Below the pieces are notes generated by a model. It made no database searches and was not told the origin of the DNA. It saw only the letters and a list, made by a program, of their open reading frames with translations. This document shows positions 20,957 to 32,779 of a stretch of DNA of 64,000 bases, one piece after another; positions within the stretch are counted from its first letter, which is position 1, and the number at the start of each line of letters is the position of its first letter. The stretch is from assembly GCA_964646995.1 (NCBI GenBank), contig CAZYIF010000010.1, positions 4,133-68,132 on the forward strand. The letters run 5' to 3'. The DNA is from an uncultured Gammaproteobacteria bacterium (GTDB lineage: Bacteria > Pseudomonadota > Gammaproteobacteria > CAZYIF01). A program made the translations under genes and the position numbers.

Positions 20957-21066
20957 AGTATTATTTTAACGACCATTGGTTTACGCCGCTCAGCACACCC
21001 GTGCGAGACAAACGACACACCATACTTTATTATGTGCAAAAAATCATCTTTTTTATTCTTTTTACG

Positions 21067-21255
21067 CTAGCTTCGCAGCAAAAGCACACAAAATCCCACG
21101 AAAACAATCAACGCTAGACCTAAAATCCCCATGGAACGAAAGCTTTTACCCAGGTTTTCTTTACTTAAGGCCTGCGGATTCGCCCGTAAACTACGATATG
21201 CCATCCACACAAATAGTAGCCCTACCACCACCCCTATTATTTTCTCCCATTGCAT
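21067..21255 (-). CDS. small membrane protein (62 aa, 2 predicted TM helices)
   Basis: MQWEKIIGVVVGLLFVWMAYRSL...MGILGLALIVFVGFCVLLLRS. Coding-like hydrophobic architecture. Sits alone in the mnmG upstream region. Confidence 0.35.
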   Translation of the reverse strand: MQWEKIIGVVVGLLFVWMAYRSLRANPQALSKENLGKSFRSMGILGLALIVFVGFCVLLLRS

Positions 21256-21300
21256 TACATACTCCCCGCTTGCTTACTGCCCACGACAGTATAAACTTTT

Positions 21301-21363
21301 GTAACTATTCAGCAAAGACGTGGTTTTTTAGGGCGTTTTGCGCGAAGAATGCCTGCAGGCATT
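21301..21363. repeat. partial repeat-family copy: gtaactattcagcaaa head followed by an unrelated 16-bp palindrome aatgcctgcaggcatt
   Basis: Exact 16-mer shared with the other copies, located in the mnmG-upstream / fusion-gene divergent region. Confidence 0.5.
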
Positions 21364-21500
21364 ACCGCACCTCCGGTTTCATTCGCTAGCGGTGCCGTTA
21401 CCTCGTTTTTAACTAACCCGTCTTGTTTTTATGAATAAAATCATGCTTAACTTGCGAAACAGACAACATACCCATTAATGCTCATTTTAGGATAACACCG

Positions 21501-23432
21501 ATGGCTGACGCTACGCCGACTGTTTCACAACCACACACGCTAGGCCCTATTGCTGATTTGGAAAAGCACTTGCCTTCTGACTGGTGGCGCACGCTGTTTA
21601 ATTCTTTATATTTAAAAACAGACGGCGACGTCATTGAGAATGATCTCAACACCGCACAAGAAATTGATATGCTCATCAACTCCATTGACCTAAAACCAGA
21701 ACACCATGTTTTGGATCTTTGCTGCGGCCAAGGACGTCACGTCATAGAATTACACCGTCGCGGTTACACCAATGTCTCTGGTTTAGATCGTTCACGCTAT
21801 TTGATTCGTGTCGGCAAAAAACGCGCGCAGCAACTTGGCTTTCGGATCCGTTTCTCGGAAGGGGATGCACGTAAAATTCGTTTACCAGAACTCAGCCTAG
21901 ATTGCGTCGTCTTGTTTGGTAATTCCTTCGGTTATTTTGAATCACAAGAAGATGATTTGGCCGTATTGCATTCGGTATCCCGCGTACTGAAAAGCGAAGG
22001 AAAACTCGTCATGGACATCGTCAATGGCGAATGGATGCGACAACACTTTGAACCGCGCTCCTGGGAATGGATAGATGGCAATCAATTCGTTTGCAGAGAG
22101 CGGTCCTTATCGCAGGATAAATCTCGCATTATTTCACGTGAAGTGGTAGTCCATGCCGAACGTGGTGTGATTGCCGATCAATTTTACGCGGAACGGCTCT
22201 ACACATTTGAAGAAATGCAAACGATGCTGACACGACTCAACTTCAAAAACGTCACCTTACACGACAATATGTTTGCGCAATCCACACGCGGACAAGATTT
22301 AGGAATGATGGCAAATCGTATGTTCATCAGCGCTACCACACCGGTCAAGTCCATCAAAATAGCCGCCGCCAAAACCAAAAAGACCATGTTGGTTATGTTA
22401 GGCGACCCACGCCTCTCGGATTCTGTAAAACGTAACGGACAATTTAATAGCGAAGATCTGGCAACCATACAGCAACTGAAAAAAGCCCTAAGTTTGGTGC
22501 CGTATCACGTAAAATACTCGGATCAACATAAAAAATTCATCGACACACTGTTACAAAACAAACCTGATTTCGTCTTGAATTTTTGCGATGAAGGCTTTGC
22601 CAATAAAGCCGAACAGGAGCTGCATATCCCCGCGCTACTCGACATGCTCGAGATTCCGTATTCGGGTGCAACACCAGCAAGCCTCGCCCTTTGTTACAAT
22701 AAAGCCGTCGTGCGCGCGTTCGCACAACGCTTAGAAATTCCGGTACCGTTAGAGACGTATTATGATCCTAGCGATCAAGCCGCGACCTTACCGTCTATTT
22801 TCCCCGCCTTACTGAAACCTAACTTGGGCGATAGTTCGATTGGGATCACCAAAGATGCTGTCGTCCATACACCGGAAGCATTGGTTGCTTACCTTGACGA
22901 TCTAAAGACCGCCTTGCCCAACACCGCTATTTTGATCCAAGAATATCTATCAGGCACAGAATACAGCGTAGGTGTCATAGGTAACCCCGGTAATTTTAAC
23001 GTATTACCCATCCTGGAAGTGGATTACACCGAACTGCCGGAAGACTTACCCAAAATTTTAAGTTATGAATCAAAGTGGTTACCCGAATCCCCTTACTGGA
23101 ACAAAATCCGTTACGTGCAAGCCTCTCTAGACATAGATGCAGAACGCAGGCTGATCGATAGCTCCACTATTTTATTTGAGCGACTCGGCTGCAGAGACTA
23201 TGCCCGCTTTGATTTTCGCGCCGATCAACACGGTAAGATTAAGCTCTTAGAAGTCAACCCTAACCCGGGCTGGTGCTGGGATGGTAAATTAAACCTAATG
23301 GCCGGATTCGCCGGAAAAACTTACGCTGACATGTTGAATATGATCATAGAGGCGGCTGTTGATCGCATTTTTCAAGATAAGTTTATCGCCGCCGAGTTGT
23401 ATGACTACACGTTTAGTAACGGATCTCGTTAA
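21501..23432 (+). CDS. fusion protein: N-terminal class-I SAM-dependent methyltransferase + C-terminal D-alanine--D-alanine ligase-like ATP-grasp domain
   Basis: 643 aa. The methyltransferase motif I is VLDLCCGQGRH, with the post-I acidic residue, and a motif II/III region (LDCVVLFGNSFGY, GKLVMD). The Ddl-like half runs from MLVMLGDPRLSDSVKRNG through EYSVGVIGNPGNFNVLPILEV to ARFDFRADQHGKIKLLEVNPNPGW. Confidence 0.7.
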   Translation: MADATPTVSQPHTLGPIADLEKHLPSDWWRTLFNSLYLKTDGDVIENDLNTAQEIDMLINSIDLKPEHHVLDLCCGQGRHVIELHRRGYTNVSGLDRSRYLIRVGKKRAQQLGFRIRFSEGDARKIRLPELSLDCVVLFGNSFGYFESQEDDLAVLHSVSRVLKSEGKLVMDIVNGEWMRQHFEPRSWEWIDGNQFVCRERSLSQDKSRIISREVVVHAERGVIADQFYAERLYTFEEMQTMLTRLNFKNVTLHDNMFAQSTRGQDLGMMANRMFISATTPVKSIKIAAAKTKKTMLVMLGDPRLSDSVKRNGQFNSEDLATIQQLKKALSLVPYHVKYSDQHKKFIDTLLQNKPDFVLNFCDEGFANKAEQELHIPALLDMLEIPYSGATPASLALCYNKAVVRAFAQRLEIPVPLETYYDPSDQAATLPSIFPALLKPNLGDSSIGITKDAVVHTPEALVAYLDDLKTALPNTAILIQEYLSGTEYSVGVIGNPGNFNVLPILEVDYTELPEDLPKILSYESKWLPESPYWNKIRYVQASLDIDAERRLIDSSTILFERLGCRDYARFDFRADQHGKIKLLEVNPNPGWCWDGKLNLMAGFAGKTYADMLNMIIEAAVDRIFQDKFIAAELYDYTFSNGSR

Positions 23433-23527
23433 TACCGCCAGCAGCAAAGGACATAGAACCCCTAACACACGCCGGTTAGCAGCGAATGCTAACCGGGGGG
23501 ATCTCGTCACTGTTTGGCAAAGTGCCT

Positions 23528-25975
<2,448 letters not shown>

Positions 25976-26288
25976 TCACAGTTAATTCAAAAGCACGGCA
26001 GCACATCCAGGCAATATCTTTCACTATAACGCCGCTACATAACGCCAAGGAGCGCAAACATCCCAACAATCGCCTTAGTCGACACAATCCACTCTCGGCT
26101 TTTATTGCCGCGCAGAGCGGCACACACAGTCACACGGCTTTAGGCCGCATACTGTAGCATACTATGCCTCGCCACACCATTTTACCAACGCAGCCCCGTT
26201 CTACAGAGACCCGATTGTCTGCACTTACTTCGGTAAAGACCGTAGTCGCCTCAACCATCGCGCCGAACTGGATCCGTATGCCATGCCC

Positions 26289-27371
26289 TTACCCCTGTTG
26301 CGTCAGACTACCGTGTTCCACGTGAAACACGGAGCTGTCCTGCACCGTTACCCAACGCGACAAGTCTCGGTATTCTATCCCGGTGACGAACAGCTGCGCC
26401 TCCATTTCCAGCAACAATTCCATGACCAATTCGCGGTGAGCAACATCCAGTTCCGCACCCAAATCATCCACTAAGTAAGTACACGTGGCCCGTATTTTCT
26501 GCTTTAACAAAACCCCTTGAGCGACACACAACGCAATAACCAGCATTTTTTGCTGCCCTCGTGACAACGCATCGGCTACAGAAACCCCGTGGTACCGCAT
26601 GACTAGATCGGCGCGGTGAGGACCGCAGTGCGTAAAGCCAAACTGCACATCTCGTGCAATCTGTTCAGCCAATACAACATCAAGACTTTTTCCGTTATCC
26701 CAACCGCGTCGGTACAGCACATCCAACTCCGTCAGATCCGGTAGCAAGCGCAGAAGTATTTGCTGCAACAGGGTTCGAAACTCCCCCATGTATGCCGCAC
26801 GGTAATTGTCTATTTCTATTGCGGCACGCGTAAATTCAAGATTCCAGACACTCGCCTGAATCGCGGATGATTTTAAAGCGGCATTTCTCTGCTCCAAGCA
26901 ACGCTGAAAGCGTTTCCACAGGGGGAAAAATAATGGTTCCACGTGAAACAACCCCCAATCCATGAACTGCCGACGCTTTTTCGGCCCATCTATCAATAAA
27001 CCATAGGTGTCCGGATTGATCAGCTGTACTGGCAAGAAACGCACAAGCTCTGCCGTACTGTGCACATCGCGGTTATCGACACGAACACGCTGCCCCATTT
27101 GGCGGCCTTTTTCCAAGCCTATACTGATGGTTTGGCCATCCTCTTGGCCTAGCAACATAAAGACCACTGCTTTGGCCTGTTCGTAGCGCACCAGAGAATC
27201 AATTAAACCACTGCGGAAAGAACGGCCGTACCCCAACAGGTAAATAGCTTCTAAGATGCTGGTTTTACCACTGCCGTTGCGACCGTAAATCAAATTAAGC
27301 CGAGAACTGGGATGACAGTGCAACCCAGTGATATTGCGTAGATTGGTGATCTCTAGTTTGACAATGCTCAT
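26289..27371 (-). CDS. recF: DNA replication and repair protein RecF
   Basis: 360 aa. Walker A GRNGSGKTSILEAI. Canonical position between dnaN and gyrB. Confidence 0.93.
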   Translation of the reverse strand: MSIVKLEITNLRNITGLHCHPSSRLNLIYGRNGSGKTSILEAIYLLGYGRSFRSGLIDSLVRYEQAKAVVFMLLGQEDGQTISIGLEKGRQMGQRVRVDNRDVHSTAELVRFLPVQLINPDTYGLLIDGPKKRRQFMDWGLFHVEPLFFPLWKRFQRCLEQRNAALKSSAIQASVWNLEFTRAAIEIDNYRAAYMGEFRTLLQQILLRLLPDLTELDVLYRRGWDNGKSLDVVLAEQIARDVQFGFTHCGPHRADLVMRYHGVSVADALSRGQQKMLVIALCVAQGVLLKQKIRATCTYLVDDLGAELDVAHRELVMELLLEMEAQLFVTGIEYRDLSRWVTVQDSSVFHVEHGSLTQQG

Positions 27372-27390
27372 TAACGGGCCTTGCTCTCGC

Positions 27391-28491
27391 CTAAAGACGC
27401 ATGGGCATCACCACATATTTAACATCTGTGGTCGCCGTTTCTTCGATTAAAACACTGCTGTTTACATCTTTAAAACTAAACCGAATAGTTCCAGAAACAA
27501 CCGCTAAAATATCCAATAAGTAACGTATATTAAACACCACTTCTAAGGGTTGCCCCGTGTAATCTATTTCTACCGTTTCTTCTGCTTGCTCGTGCTCTGC
27601 ATTGCTGGTCGAAGCGCTTAACACACCCGTTTGCAGCGCAAAACGCACACTTTTAAAGCGGTCATTACACAATGCCGACATGCGTAGTAGCATGTTTTTC
27701 AATACGTCTTTGTCCACCTGCATCGTCTTATCACAGCCCATAGGAATGATATTGGTAAACTCTGGGTAACGCCCATCGATTAACTTGGAAGTGAAGCATA
27801 AACCCATCATGTCGATTTTTAGGTGATTTTTATTAACGGTCAACACCGCATCTTCCGCATCTTCTTCCGTTAAGCGCAACAGTTCAACCACCGCTTTCCT
27901 GGGAATAATAATTTGCTGCTTTTTTTCTTGTGGTAACGCGATGCCGTATTCACACAGCGCTAAGCGATAACCATCCGTTGCCACCGCGCACAGACGATCC
28001 GCACCTATTTCTAACAGTAAGCCATTGAGATAATAACGCACATCTTGGTTGGCCATGGCAAAGTGGGTGCGATGCAACAAATAACAGAGCTCGCGTCGCG
28101 GCAAGGTGAGTTCTAATTCCGCAGGACCCAATTCAGACGCCGGAAAGTCGTCTGCAGGCAACGTCGACAAAGAGAACTTTGCACGCCCAGATCTTAATGT
28201 AACCAATTGATTTTCAATTGAAATTTTAATTTTCTGCTGCTCTGGCAAAACGCGACAAATATCCATTAACTTGCGCGCTGACACCGTGGTTTCGGCGCTC
28301 TCTGTCGGTTGCTCTAAGCCAAGGGAAACCACCAATTCCATATCCGTATCCGTTGCCGTAAACGAAACGACGTCCTGTTGGGTTCGCAACAAGACATTAC
28401 TCAGAATAGGCATAGCTTGGCGCTTTTCAGTAACGCCACTTACTTTTTGTAAAGTCTTTAATAGCGCTTCTCTTTGTATGTGAAAATCCAT
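27391..28491 (-). CDS. dnaN: DNA polymerase III beta sliding clamp
   Basis: Full-length beta-clamp-like. I place the start at the internal Met (MDFHIQREALLKTLQ) at 28491. The track start at 28515 is 8 codons further upstream. Confidence 0.93.
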   Translation of the reverse strand: MDFHIQREALLKTLQKVSGVTEKRQAMPILSNVLLRTQQDVVSFTATDTDMELVVSLGLEQPTESAETTVSARKLMDICRVLPEQQKIKISIENQLVTLRSGRAKFSLSTLPADDFPASELGPAELELTLPRRELCYLLHRTHFAMANQDVRYYLNGLLLEIGADRLCAVATDGYRLALCEYGIALPQEKKQQIIIPRKAVVELLRLTEEDAEDAVLTVNKNHLKIDMMGLCFTSKLIDGRYPEFTNIIPMGCDKTMQVDKDVLKNMLLRMSALCNDRFKSVRFALQTGVLSASTSNAEHEQAEETVEIDYTGQPLEVVFNIRYLLDILAVVSGTIRFSFKDVNSSVLIEETATTDVKYVVMPMRL

Positions 28492-28538
28492 TGCTACACC
28501 CTCTTTAGCCGTCACTCGTTATACACCACTAACCGTGC

Positions 28539-29927
28539 TTAGGTAGTCAATATCCTGAGTAGATTCGTGTAGTCTTGTTCTATGTCTACCTGCATCTCGC
28601 GTAAACGATTAATGGTACGGCAAGCATGCAGCACAGTCGTGTGATCGCGGCCACTGAAGACATCACCTATCTCGGGTAAGCTATGATTTGTAAGCTCCTT
28701 GGCCAACGCCATAGCCATTTGACGAGGCCTAGCGACAGAACGGCTGCGTCGTTTAGATAATAATTCCACGACGCGTATTTTATAATATTCAGCGACTGTT
28801 TTCTGAATATTTTCTATGGTCACTAGCTTGTCCTGTAAACTCAATAAATCGCGTAAGGCCTCACGCACAAACTCCAAGGTAATTGGTTTTCCGATGAAAT
28901 GCGCGTTGGCAATGACGCGCTTAAGCGCGCCCTCTAATTCACGCACGTTAGAGCGAATCCGTTTCGCAATAAAAAAAGCAACTTCGTGCGGTATGACAAT
29001 CTGACTTTGCTCGGCTTTACTCATCAATATAGCTACGCGCGTTTCTAATTCAGGCGGTTCAACTGCCACCGTTAGGCCCCAACCAAAGCGTGATTTTAAT
29101 CGCTCCTCAAGACCCGATATTTCTTTGGGATAACGATCACAGGTCAAAATCACTTGACGCTGCCCTTCAAGTAAGGAGTTAAATGTGTGAAAGAACTCTT
29201 CCTGTGATCGATCTTTACCCGCAAAAAATTGAATATCGTCAATGAGTAACGCATCCACGGTGCGGTAATAGGCTTTAAAATCATTCATGCGATTGGTTTG
29301 TAATGCTTTTACCATATCCGCAACGAAGCGCTCAGAATGTAAGTACAAGACTTTCGCGCGTGGATTATTCTGCAAAATAACATCGCCAATGGCGTGCAAC
29401 AGATGGGTCTTACCCAACCCCACCCCGCCATACAGTAACAAGGGATTATAGGCTTTCCCGGGGTTCTCACCTACCTGAAAAGACGCGGCCTTTGCCAGTT
29501 GATTGGATTTACCCTCAACAAAGTTAGTAAACGTAAAACTTCGGTTGATGTTACCGTGATGCGCGATAAAAACATTCGTAGGGACATCCGCTGGTAGGTT
29601 GCTTCGCTCGTTAATCACCTTGTGTGCCGGTGTATTCATCTGCGACAAAACGTCTTTGCCGGCGTCCCCCTCTTGAGCCTTCGTGCCTATCTCCAACACC
29701 ACCGCACCAACGCCGTCGCCTACCACAGAAACCATTAATTCTTTAATTCGCAACAAAAAAAACTCATCTATACGATCCAAAACAAACCGATTGGGCGCGA
29801 GTAAATGCAGCTTGTCATCACGAATCTCTGCGTGTAACGGCCGAATCCACGTATTGAATTGTTGTGGAGATATTTCATCGCGCAAGTGCTCGAGGCACGA
29901 ATCCCACGTTGCTAAAGAAACAGACAC
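28539..29927 (-). CDS. dnaA: chromosomal replication initiator protein DnaA
   Basis: AAA+ domain ([15 protein letters not shown], box VII, sensor regions) and C-terminal DNA-binding domain. The likely start is the GTG at 29927, giving [31 protein letters not shown], which aligns with the E. coli N-terminus. The track start is 29951. Confidence 0.95.
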   Translation of the reverse strand: MSVSLATWDSCLEHLRDEISPQQFNTWIRPLHAEIRDDKLHLLAPNRFVLDRIDEFFLLRIKELMVSVVGDGVGAVVLEIGTKAQEGDAGKDVLSQMNTPAHKVINERSNLPADVPTNVFIAHHGNINRSFTFTNFVEGKSNQLAKAASFQVGENPGKAYNPLLLYGGVGLGKTHLLHAIGDVILQNNPRAKVLYLHSERFVADMVKALQTNRMNDFKAYYRTVDALLIDDIQFFAGKDRSQEEFFHTFNSLLEGQRQVILTCDRYPKEISGLEERLKSRFGWGLTVAVEPPELETRVAILMSKAEQSQIVIPHEVAFFIAKRIRSNVRELEGALKRVIANAHFIGKPITLEFVREALRDLLSLQDKLVTIENIQKTVAEYYKIRVVELLSKRRSRSVARPRQMAMALAKELTNHSLPEIGDVFSGRDHTTVLHACRTINRLREMQVDIEQDYTNLLRILTT

Positions 29928-29951
29928 AGCGTACCAACCCCTATTAACCAC

Positions 29952-30404
29952 AATTTCTCGCCCATACTAGCTGAATTTAGCAACAAAGTTAATGCGATTC
30001 GCGCGGAATGTCGAAACTCAGCAAAAAAGAAGAAGGATGCTTTATTTCACTTCATGTTAAAAAATGACCTTTCTCGCGACACCTCACTTCCGTCAACCGT
30101 TGTTTCCTGTGTGCTAACTGTGGATAACACGTTATGATTTTGCCGGTTTAACAAGAAACCCCAACGCTACAAGTCTTACCCACAACCGGCGGCAAGAGTT
30201 ACCCACACAAAAAATGAGCGTAACTAATTGAAATTAAACAAGTTTAGCGAAGTAAGCACATAGACAAGCGATTAATAAGAAACATAAACATAAAACATTA
30301 AAATATATTTATTATAAAGATGTAAGCATTGTTTGACTTCCTTCATGCCCTTTATGTAAACTTTCGCACTATTTTGTGGTTGTTTCATTACTTTAAGGTG
30401 TGTT
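29952..30404. other. putative chromosomal replication origin (oriC) in the dnaA-rpmH spacer
   Basis: Perfect DnaA box TGTGGATAA at 30119..30127. Two TTACCCACA boxes with one mismatch at 30177..30185 and 30199..30207. AT-rich putative DUE at about 30270..30340. Gene orientation diverges on either side. Confidence 0.6.
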
Positions 30405-30405
30405 C

Positions 30406-30540
30406 ATGAAAAGAACTTTTCAACCCAGTCAACTTAAGCGCAAACGTGACCATGGCTTTCGCGCCAGAATGGCAACTAAGAACGGTCGTAAGATAATCAA
30501 CCGTAGACGCAGACAAGGTCGTATTCGAGTCAGCGCTTGA
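30406..30540 (+). CDS. rpmH: 50S ribosomal protein L34
   Basis: 44 aa, [44 protein letters not shown]. Under the track's 60-aa cutoff. Confidence 0.95.
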   Translation: MKRTFQPSQLKRKRDHGFRARMATKNGRKIINRRRRQGRIRVSA

Positions 30541-30908
30541 ACGAAATCGGATCATCGTTTTCTGCTTTTCTTCGCTTGCGTGGTGATGATTTTAGTCGCG
30601 TTTTCAAGGAAGCGGTTCCCTTTCGTGTGCAAGGCATAACGCTGTTAGCCCGTAGCAACGGGCTGGTTTATCCACGCTTTGGTTTTGTCATAGGCAAAAA
30701 GCAGGTAAAAAAAGCTTATTTACGCAATCGCCTTAAGCGGGTACTGCGGGAAAGTTTCCGTCATAAGCGCATCGAACTACCTGCCGTTGATATGGTTGCT
30801 GTGATTTATCAACGTGGTTTACCGATTGATAAAGTTGCTTTTGCCAAGCGGGTGGATGATATATGGAAACAACTAAACGCATACTACAAGCCGCTTGCTG
30901 CGGATTGA
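30537..30908 (+). CDS. rnpA: ribonuclease P protein component
   Basis: 123 aa, basic. RNR-like motif region [20 protein letters not shown]. Follows rpmH. Confidence 0.9.
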   Translation: MNEIGSSFSAFLRLRGDDFSRVFKEAVPFRVQGITLLARSNGLVYPRFGFVIGKKQVKKAYLRNRLKRVLRESFRHKRIELPAVDMVAVIYQRGLPIDKVAFAKRVDDIWKQLNAYYKPLAAD

Positions 30909-31108
30909 TACTGTTTTATCGTTGTTGCTTGAGTCCTTTCATAGGCTCGCATTGCCGATTTTATCCCTCGTGTTCGCGTTACAGTTATGAGGCTATACAA
31001 CGGCATGGTCTTGGGTATGGGCTTTGGCTGAGTGGCCTACGGCTGTTACGTTGCCATCCCTGGCATTGTGGTGGTGTGGATATCGTTCCGAACAAGAAAA
31101 AGGTGTAG
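30863..31108 (+). CDS. yidD: membrane protein insertion efficiency factor YidD
   Basis: [31 protein letters not shown], the hallmark YidD Cys-rich motif. Overlaps the rnpA 3' end. Confidence 0.9.
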   Translation: METTKRILQAACCGLILFYRCCLSPFIGSHCRFYPSCSRYSYEAIQRHGLGYGLWLSGLRLLRCHPWHCGGVDIVPNKKKV

Positions 31109-31114
31109 CGGGTT

Positions 31115-32779
31115 ATGGAGTTTCAAAAAGCGATCTTATGGGGTGCCCTATTCTTAGTGTTGTTCTTATTTTGGGATGCGTGGCAAAAAGACCATTACCA
31201 ACCCGTTACGACTGCTGCATCGGCGACACAGGCCGCGCGTGAGCAAGGGATTCCATTGCCGGAAAGTGCTGCGCTGGCAACGACCGATAAATCCACATTA
31301 CCCGCTACCCCCGCAATGCGACCTACGCGCTATATCGTTGTTGATACGGATCTGCTAGGCCTGAAGATAGACTTACGTGGCGGAAATATAATTTACAGTG
31401 AATTTAAACGCTATCCAGAGAATAGCAAAAAACCACAACGCGCGTTGGTGTTGTTGAATAATGAAGAAGCTTCACGGTATTGGGCGGAGAGTGGACTCGT
31501 TAGCGCGACTGGGCCTGATCTACTTCATAAAGAGCAAGCTGAATATACCACGGAGGGCGCTACTTTTTCCTTAGCCGATGGTAAGGATAAATTGGTGGTG
31601 ACCTTACAGTGGAATAAAGACGGCGTAGTGGTTAATAAAATATTTACTTTGCACCGAGACAGCTACGTCATCGATGTGAGTTATGCCATTGCCAATCGTA
31701 GCCCGCAGAATTGGACCGGTCACCTGTACACGGAATTGAAACGCAAAGAGACGGAACAAGCGGGTAATAGTTTTAATACATTCTTTGGAGCAGCTATTTC
31801 CAGTGCGGAAAAGCCTTACGAAAAAATAACCTTTAAAGCCATGCACAAACAAGCTTTATCGCGTGATATAGAAAATGGTTGGGCTGCGATGTTGCAGCAT
31901 TATTTTTTAAGTGCTTGGATTCCTCCTGCCGGTGAAAAATACCATTATTATACTCGGATATTGCCCGGTGAAATCTATGCCATTGGAATGGTGAGCCCGT
32001 TATTGCAGGTTGCAAGCCAACAGTCGCTTACGGTCGGTAGCAAATTATACGTAGGGCCGACTATTATTCAGCGTCTCGCGGCAGTAGCTCCGCATTTAGA
32101 TTTAACGGTGGATTACGGTTTCTTATGGTTTATTTCTTCCGCATTGTTTTGGCTGATGGAAAAAATGCATTCGTTTTTCGGCAACTGGGGTTGGTGTATT
32201 ATTGCGGTAACTGTTTTGATTAAATTGCTATTTTATCGCTTGTCTGCGACGAGTTATCGTTCGATGGCAAGAATGAGAAACATGCAGCCGAAGATCCAAC
32301 TGCTGAAAGAACGCTACGGTGATGATAGACAGGCGATGACAAAAGCCACGATGGAGTTGTATAAGAAAGAGAAAATTAATCCGTTAGGCGGATGCTTACC
32401 TATTTTGGTACAAATCCCTGTGTTTTTAGGCTTGTATTGGGTGTTGTTAGATAGCGTGGAGTTTAGGCAAGCACCTTTTATTGGATGGATAACCGATCTA
32501 TCCATTAAAGATCCGTTTTACGTACTACCGTTATTGATGGGTTTTTCTATGTTCGTGCAACAGAAGATGAGTCCTCCGCCACCCGATCCGATGCAGGCAA
32601 AAGTGATGATGCTGATGCCGGTTATTTTCACGGTGTTTTTCTTGAATTTTCCTGCGGGTTTGGTGTTGTATTGGTTGGTTAATAATACGTTATCTATCTT
32701 GCAGCAGTGGTGGATCACGCGCAGTATTATGCACGCAGAAGCGCAGGGTTCTAGTAAGAAAGCGTATAAAAATAAGTAA
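31115..32779 (+). CDS. yidC: membrane protein insertase YidC
   Basis: 554 aa. N-terminal TM, periplasmic domain, and a C-terminal 5-TM core (KINPLGGCLPILVQIPVFLGLYW). Confidence 0.95.
   Translation: MEFQKAILWGALFLVLFLFWDAWQKDHYQPVTTAASATQAAREQGIPLPESAALATTDKSTLPATPAMRPTRYIVVDTDLLGLKIDLRGGNIIYSEFKRYPENSKKPQRALVLLNNEEASRYWAESGLVSATGPDLLHKEQAEYTTEGATFSLADGKDKLVVTLQWNKDGVVVNKIFTLHRDSYVIDVSYAIANRSPQNWTGHLYTELKRKETEQAGNSFNTFFGAAISSAEKPYEKITFKAMHKQALSRDIENGWAAMLQHYFLSAWIPPAGEKYHYYTRILPGEIYAIGMVSPLLQVASQQSLTVGSKLYVGPTIIQRLAAVAPHLDLTVDYGFLWFISSALFWLMEKMHSFFGNWGWCIIAVTVLIKLLFYRLSATSYRSMARMRNMQPKIQLLKERYGDDRQAMTKATMELYKKEKINPLGGCLPILVQIPVFLGLYWVLLDSVEFRQAPFIGWITDLSIKDPFYVLPLLMGFSMFVQQKMSPPPPDPMQAKVMMLMPVIFTVFFLNFPAGLVLYWLVNNTLSILQQWWITRSIMHAEAQGSSKKAYKNK

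Noticed and set aside
20957-21500. Possibility that oriC lies upstream of mnmG (E. coli-type position)
   Set aside because: No TTATCCACA-like boxes seen there. The dnaA-rpmH spacer has three boxes plus an AT-rich DUE.
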